This document shows positions 59,554 to 64,000 of a stretch of 64,000 bases of DNA, one piece after another. Below the pieces are notes generated by a model. The model had not been told where the DNA came from. It searched no databases and was given only the letters and a program-made list of their open reading frames with translations. The stretch is from a virus, in the IMG/VR virus record IMGVR_UViG_3300012178_000001, positions 1-64,000 of that record. One strand, given 5' to 3'. The first letter of the stretch is position 1, and each line of letters begins with the position of its first letter. Both the position numbers and the translations under genes were made by a program.

Positions 59554-61332
59554 TTACTTCTTATAGTTTTCTAACTTTACCATTATGTCGCTTAATTCAT
59601 CATCAGTTAGTTCTAAATTAAACTCATTCTTAAACCAAGTTATTAATTCATTAGGTTCATCATATTTTGAAGACTTAAGAAGTCTATTAAATTCTTTTCT
59701 ATCAATACCAGAACCTGGGCAAGTTTTATATGAGTGGTCTCTATGGAATATATAACCTATTCTAAATGAATCCATCATATAATTCATGAAATCAAATAAA
59801 GACTCTCTTTGACCATTAGTAAATTCATCATTACCTTTATCGAAGTTACCAATCATTTCTATGGCAAATCCTAAGTAGTTTCTACCACTAACGGATACTG
59901 GAGATTTATTAAAGCTTCTACCCATAACCCATTTTCCATCAGGTGCTAGAGTTAAATGTTGACCTATATCTGCCCAACCATTAGTATTTACATGGTAGTT
60001 TTTCATACCCTTTTGTAATGATTGATGATTATGACCATTAAAGTCATCAAAATTAGGTATAAATGTATGATGGATTTGTAATTCTTTAGGTTTCCTAGTC
60101 CAGTTAAATTCAATACAGTAATCAATTAATTCTTCAGTAGTCATTACTCTGAATTCTTCTTCAATATCATCAACTAATTTAATATAGTAAGCATATACCC
60201 AGCGTTTACTACCTATCTTATACCATTTGCCAGTATTATCAGTCTCTATAATATTCACGATGTCACCACTATCTATTCTATCTGCAACATCATAATTAGT
60301 GCTTGGACCATATCTAACTCTTAATACAGTCGCTCTATGAACTCTACCTTGTTTAGTTTCATACTTAGTTTCATCTTTAATTAATTTACCGAATATATCT
60401 TTACCTGAGAAATAGTGTTCCTTCCCCTTAACTTTATACCATCCATCTATCTGACCGTCAACTTCAATTATATCACCTTTGTGGTATAAATCAACTTTAG
60501 GATAGTCAAGTCCTGCAAATCTACGTACATTAAGGTATTTAGCAGTTATTTCTACCTTAGCATCAATCTTCTCTAAATTACTCTTATCTTTCTCCACTAC
60601 AATTTCATAATCCTTACCATAGATTAATAATGCATTAGCAATACGTCTTTCATCCCCACCAGCTATAAAGTTAACAACCTCATCACCTAATTGCATAGTA
60701 GAACTTCCACCACCATCAGCATTGATTGCTCTATCTGCACCTAGTTCTAACATTACTTCAGCACTTTGTTCAGCAGTTAATCCATTGTCATCAGAGTTTC
60801 TACCTTCCGCCACAACCATTAATAGTTCTCCTGAAGGCTTTTGACCTAGTAAAGTTCTAGGATGTTTTTGATTACTGTGGTCAAAGTATTCATCTCCACG
60901 GATATCTAGTTTACCGTCTAATACTAATGTGTATGATAATGAAACTCCCCACATTGCTTTACCTTTATATTTCTTATCAAACTCATCTTGAGAAACTAAT
61001 TCCTCAATAATTAATTTACCATCCATATAGATTGCTTCATAAAATCCTTTACCTACACTATCTACACGACTCTGAGTAAATCCATGATCTACATACTCTA
61101 AACCTACTGCATCAACTTCTTCTGAATATGAGAAGAACTGAAGGTTAGTACCCCCTATTTTATCAAATCCTTGCTTTTCAAACCAATTATGATTGATATC
61201 TGTTAGTTTTTCTCTGTGACCTCTATCATCAGCACATACAGTTGCAACTAAATTTTCATTAGTTTTAAATTCTAAAACGTGAATATCAGTTCCAAACCTT
61301 CTAATAGTTTTATATAGAACTTTGTTTTCCAT
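59554..61332 (-). CDS. Modular endolysin: phosphodiester glycosidase (NAGPA) + 2x SH3b + N-acetylmuramoyl-L-alanine amidase (Amidase_2)
   Basis: HPRTLLG and AINADGGGSS; LNVRR...GWYK and LRVRYGP...KWYK; QIHHT, GWADIGQH, IEMIGNFD, HRD..KTCPG. Confidence 0.85.
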   Translation of the reverse strand: MENKVLYKTIRRFGTDIHVLEFKTNENLVATVCADDRGHREKLTDINHNWFEKQGFDKIGGTNLQFFSYSEEVDAVGLEYVDHGFTQSRVDSVGKGFYEAIYMDGKLIIEELVSQDEFDKKYKGKAMWGVSLSYTLVLDGKLDIRGDEYFDHSNQKHPRTLLGQKPSGELLMVVAEGRNSDDNGLTAEQSAEVMLELGADRAINADGGGSSTMQLGDEVVNFIAGGDERRIANALLIYGKDYEIVVEKDKSNLEKIDAKVEITAKYLNVRRFAGLDYPKVDLYHKGDIIEVDGQIDGWYKVKGKEHYFSGKDIFGKLIKDETKYETKQGRVHRATVLRVRYGPSTNYDVADRIDSGDIVNIIETDNTGKWYKIGSKRWVYAYYIKLVDDIEEEFRVMTTEELIDYCIEFNWTRKPKELQIHHTFIPNFDDFNGHNHQSLQKGMKNYHVNTNGWADIGQHLTLAPDGKWVMGRSFNKSPVSVSGRNYLGFAIEMIGNFDKGNDEFTNGQRESLFDFMNYMMDSFRIGYIFHRDHSYKTCPGSGIDRKEFNRLLKSSKYDEPNELITWFKNEFNLELTDDELSDIMVKLENYKK

Positions 61333-61344
61333 TTATATCCTCCC

Positions 61345-61629
61345 TTATCCTACTATGTCATTATTATTATCATCATTATAGTTATCTCTTTCTCCATCAT
61401 TTGAATTTTTCTTGATATCAATGAACTTACTAACTCCATTAATGCCAAAGTGTCCAGCTAATATGACCATGACAGGTTGCTTAAGCAATTCTATCAATGA
61501 TAATCTATCTGGACTAATGTGAGATGTGAACGATACTATTATTAAACCTAAATATACAACCGCAAATATAAAACTTAAGAACTCACTAATAGTGAACCCT
61601 TTCTCATCATTAAAAAATGTTTTGAACAT
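61345..61629 (-). CDS. Putative holin (two TM)
   Basis: 94 aa, two hydrophobic segments, charged C-terminus, directly upstream of the endolysin; late promoter 61663-61674 (-). Confidence 0.6.
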   Translation of the reverse strand: MFKTFFNDEKGFTISEFLSFIFAVVYLGLIIVSFTSHISPDRLSLIELLKQPVMVILAGHFGINGVSKFIDIKKNSNDGERDNYNDDNNNDIVG

Positions 61630-61768
61630 TTTGAATCATCCTCCTTATATTATCCTAATTATTAATAAATTGTTATAGACTAGTTAGCATAACCCATAAA
61701 CATTTTATTAAGTATATAGTGAGTATATATTTAAATTAATTAAATTATAGAAGGAGATATATGATAAT

Positions 61769-62806
61769 ATGATTGGTAGATTGAAAGATACATTAAAGTC
61801 ACAAAAACATATTCTTTATATTCTCTTATTTGCAGGTTTAGCTTTATTAATTCTGCTTACATCATTTGTATATGTATATAATACAATATATGAAAATGAG
61901 ACAGCAAGAAAAAATGAGGACATACAAAATATAGAGGAAGTATATAAGTGGAACTTTATTCGTTCCCTAATAACTAGTACAAGAGATACCGCTAAATTAA
62001 ACTCAGAGAAAATCAGAGGTGAGATTGAGCATGAATTGAGATTACAATATGATGGAGAAATGGACCAATTGAAATACGATATTGATAATCTAACTTCTAG
62101 TTCAAGGTTCTCTAAAATACTTAATAATTCGATAGATGGAGAATATATAGTAGTTCAGAATGATAATAATGACCCATCGATAGGAGTTATAAAGTATGGA
62201 ATCTATAGTGATAAGAGTGAAAATTACTCTATTGAAGAAGGGGAAAAACGCTCTTGGGCTAATGAAATAGATTCTCATGCAAATAAGAAACTAGCAGAAC
62301 AAGCAATTGAAACATTTAAAAATATAGAAAATAGTAGTACTAAACTAATTTTCTGGGAATATCTAGAGTCAAGGGATGAAGATCATATAATGATAGAAAA
62401 TATGTCTGAGAGAGAACTTAAGAGGGTATTCCTAGAGGAAGGTCTATATGGTCTGCAAACATACGAGTTCTTAAGTTTTTCATTTATTGATGATAATGGA
62501 ACAGATGTATTCGGTAAATTTGATGTAGGTAATTTAGGAGTCCGAAATGACAACTATAAAATTATTGTAATTCAAGGCTTTAATATTGTTGACTTGATAA
62601 GAACTAAGTATAAAGATCAACTCAAAGAATTTGATTATATGAAACAATTAAGAATTAAAGAGTATAATAATAAGGTAGCTACAAGTAGAATATTATTAAC
62701 GCTTATGACACTAATAGCATCTATATTCTTTATATCCATTGTTAATATATATAATGGAATAATAACTGGAATGGATATTACAGATGAGAAGAATAATATC
62801 AACTGA
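61769..62806 (+). CDS. Two-TM membrane protein with large extracytoplasmic (Cache-like?) domain
   Basis: TM at about aa 15-37 and aa 308-328 around a ~270-aa alpha/beta domain; late promoter 61699-61710. Confidence 0.6.
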   Translation: MIGRLKDTLKSQKHILYILLFAGLALLILLTSFVYVYNTIYENETARKNEDIQNIEEVYKWNFIRSLITSTRDTAKLNSEKIRGEIEHELRLQYDGEMDQLKYDIDNLTSSSRFSKILNNSIDGEYIVVQNDNNDPSIGVIKYGIYSDKSENYSIEEGEKRSWANEIDSHANKKLAEQAIETFKNIENSSTKLIFWEYLESRDEDHIMIENMSERELKRVFLEEGLYGLQTYEFLSFSFIDDNGTDVFGKFDVGNLGVRNDNYKIIVIQGFNIVDLIRTKYKDQLKEFDYMKQLRIKEYNNKVATSRILLTLMTLIASIFFISIVNIYNGIITGMDITDEKNNIN

Positions 62807-62847
62807 AAGTTTATAGACCCTCAGCTAAAAGAGAAGGGAGCATAATA

Positions 62848-63213
62848 ATGAGTAATGAGACCTATATGATAATTACTCAAGATATTATTATTGCTTATCT
62901 TGTAAATTTTTTAAATGTTGTAATTCCTGTAATGTTAGGAGCATATGCTAAGGAATTATATCACATAACTAAAAAGGAATATAAGAGAATTAATATACAA
63001 CGTATTATAATATCTGGGGTAGTTCCAGCATTTGGTCTCTCTGCATTTTTTGATAAGATACTATCTAAAGTCAGCTATGGCACACTAATATTTCTGTGCG
63101 TAGTAGGTGGGATGGTAGGGATGCAATTATTTGAAGAAATGTCAACTTTAGAAGGTATCCGACAATTAATGAGAGATATAAATGATTTTAAAGATTTTCG
63201 AGGTAAAAAATAA
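62848..63213 (+). CDS. Holin-like three-TM membrane protein
   Basis: Three hydrophobic segments with GA/GGMVG motifs and a basic C-terminus. Confidence 0.55.
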   Translation: MSNETYMIITQDIIIAYLVNFLNVVIPVMLGAYAKELYHITKKEYKRINIQRIIISGVVPAFGLSAFFDKILSKVSYGTLIFLCVVGGMVGMQLFEEMSTLEGIRQLMRDINDFKDFRGKK

Positions 63214-63227
63214 TTAAGTAATATAAA

Positions 63228-63253
63228 AACAGATAACCTAAGGGTTATCTGTT
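63228..63253. terminator. Bidirectional terminator
   Basis: AACAGATAACC-taag-GGTTATCTGTT. Confidence 0.7.
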
Positions 63254-63733
63254 AATTATTTTATCTGAGTGTAATAAATCTTTAGGTGTTATATTACCAG
63301 TTCTATATTCAGGAACTATATCAATGCCTAAATCAATATAGATATTATCTAACATTTCAGAACATATGAATTCATTCTTATTATTCAAGACTATATCTAT
63401 ATTAAATAGTATTCTAAGCCAAAAACCTAGTGTTAGTTGTATATAATCATAATCTATACCTACAGTCTTTATTATAGCTTTTCTTAAATTGCCTAAGTCA
63501 TAGTTTCCTTCTTCAAATTTCTTTACATAGTATACTTCATAGTCATCTTCATCATACTTGTCTAATCGTCTTATAACAATATCATCATATGTAGTCTCAG
63601 CAATTAATCTATCTTCAGCATCATATACAATTGCAACATGACTAAATTCAGTTCCTAGAATCTTAGTTATAATCCATGAATACCACTTAGTAGGTCTAAC
63701 GAATATAAGGTCACCATCTTTGATTTTTTTCAT
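63245..63733 (-). CDS. Permuted papain-like NlpC/P60 amidase (YiiX/YebB family)
   Basis: GDLIF, FSHVAI, GIDYD, FICSE, ITPKDL; His precedes Cys; late promoter 63761-63772 (-). Confidence 0.85.
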   Translation of the reverse strand: MKKIKDGDLIFVRPTKWYSWIITKILGTEFSHVAIVYDAEDRLIAETTYDDIVIRRLDKYDEDDYEVYYVKKFEEGNYDLGNLRKAIIKTVGIDYDYIQLTLGFWLRILFNIDIVLNNKNEFICSEMLDNIYIDLGIDIVPEYRTGNITPKDLLHSDKIINR

Positions 63734-63811
63734 AAGTTATCACCCTTCATATATTTTAATTAATTATATGTTGAAATTTAGCATAACCATTACAGTTATG
63801 CTAAACATATC

Positions 63812-64000
63812 TTATAAATTATACTTATCTTTTAACTTAAAATACTCAATTCTCTCAGTCATTATAGATTGCTTTAATCCATAGATATAGTCAAGTACAT
63901 TAACTCCACGCCCATCAGGGAACTCAGCATTTTCTAAATCAAATGTATGAAGTTGCGACTGTAAAGCCTTTAATTTATTATAATTAGCTAATTCATTCTC
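63812..64000 (-). CDS. 3' end of a gene continuing beyond the window
   Basis: Open frame ...ENELANYNKLKALQSQ...KDKYNL-stop, followed by hairpin 63777-63805. Confidence 0.6.
   Translation of the reverse strand, partial: ENELANYNKLKALQSQLHTFDLENAEFPDGRGVNVLDYIYGLKQSIMTERIEYFKLKDKYNL

Noticed and set aside
1-64000. Genome-wide stop-codon reassignment (TAG or TGA)
   Set aside because: Long genes are intact in the standard code and several end in TAG directly before the next RBS; only one internal TAG was seen (33388)
1-64000. CRISPR array, tRNA or rRNA genes
   Set aside because: No regularly spaced direct repeats, cloverleaf/TTCGA-arm pattern or rRNA-like segment recognised in the intergenic regions
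1-64000. Phage nucleus genes (chimallin, PhuZ tubulin)
   Set aside because: No tubulin GGGTGSG motif or recognisable chimallin in this window; the rest of the genome cannot be assessed

Overview
This is a 64-kb segment of a very AT-rich jumbo myophage of the AR9/PBS1 (phiKZ-related) type, probably infecting a Bacillota (Firmicutes) host (strong GGAGG/AAGGAG ribosome-binding sites, LysM/SH3b cell-wall domains). It encodes a 2401-aa tape-measure-like protein with a C-terminal M15 peptidase, baseplate, tail and head proteins, a GroEL-like chaperonin and two split beta-prime RNA polymerase subunits. It also carries a candidate sigma-like specificity subunit, primase, RusA, RNase HI, a degenerate 5' nuclease, a nucleotide kinase, a radical SAM protein, a homing-type endonuclease, an early cluster of small unknown genes and a lysis region. 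Two phage promoter classes can be read directly from intergenic DNA: AACA-N6-TA (about 19 copies, the AR9 late consensus, which in AR9 needs uracil in the template strand) and TATATTAT-N5-TG (9 copies, early type). The most notable unexplained features are a 212-nt structured element bounded by a perfect 21-bp inverted repeat, a PrsW-type intramembrane protease with a virion-like propeptide, a NAGPA-SH3-SH3-amidase endolysin facing an orphan two-TM sensor-like gene, a candidate -1 frameshift in a tail chaperone, ATT/ATA start codons and early micropeptide units. All assignments come from motif recognition by eye; no searches were run.
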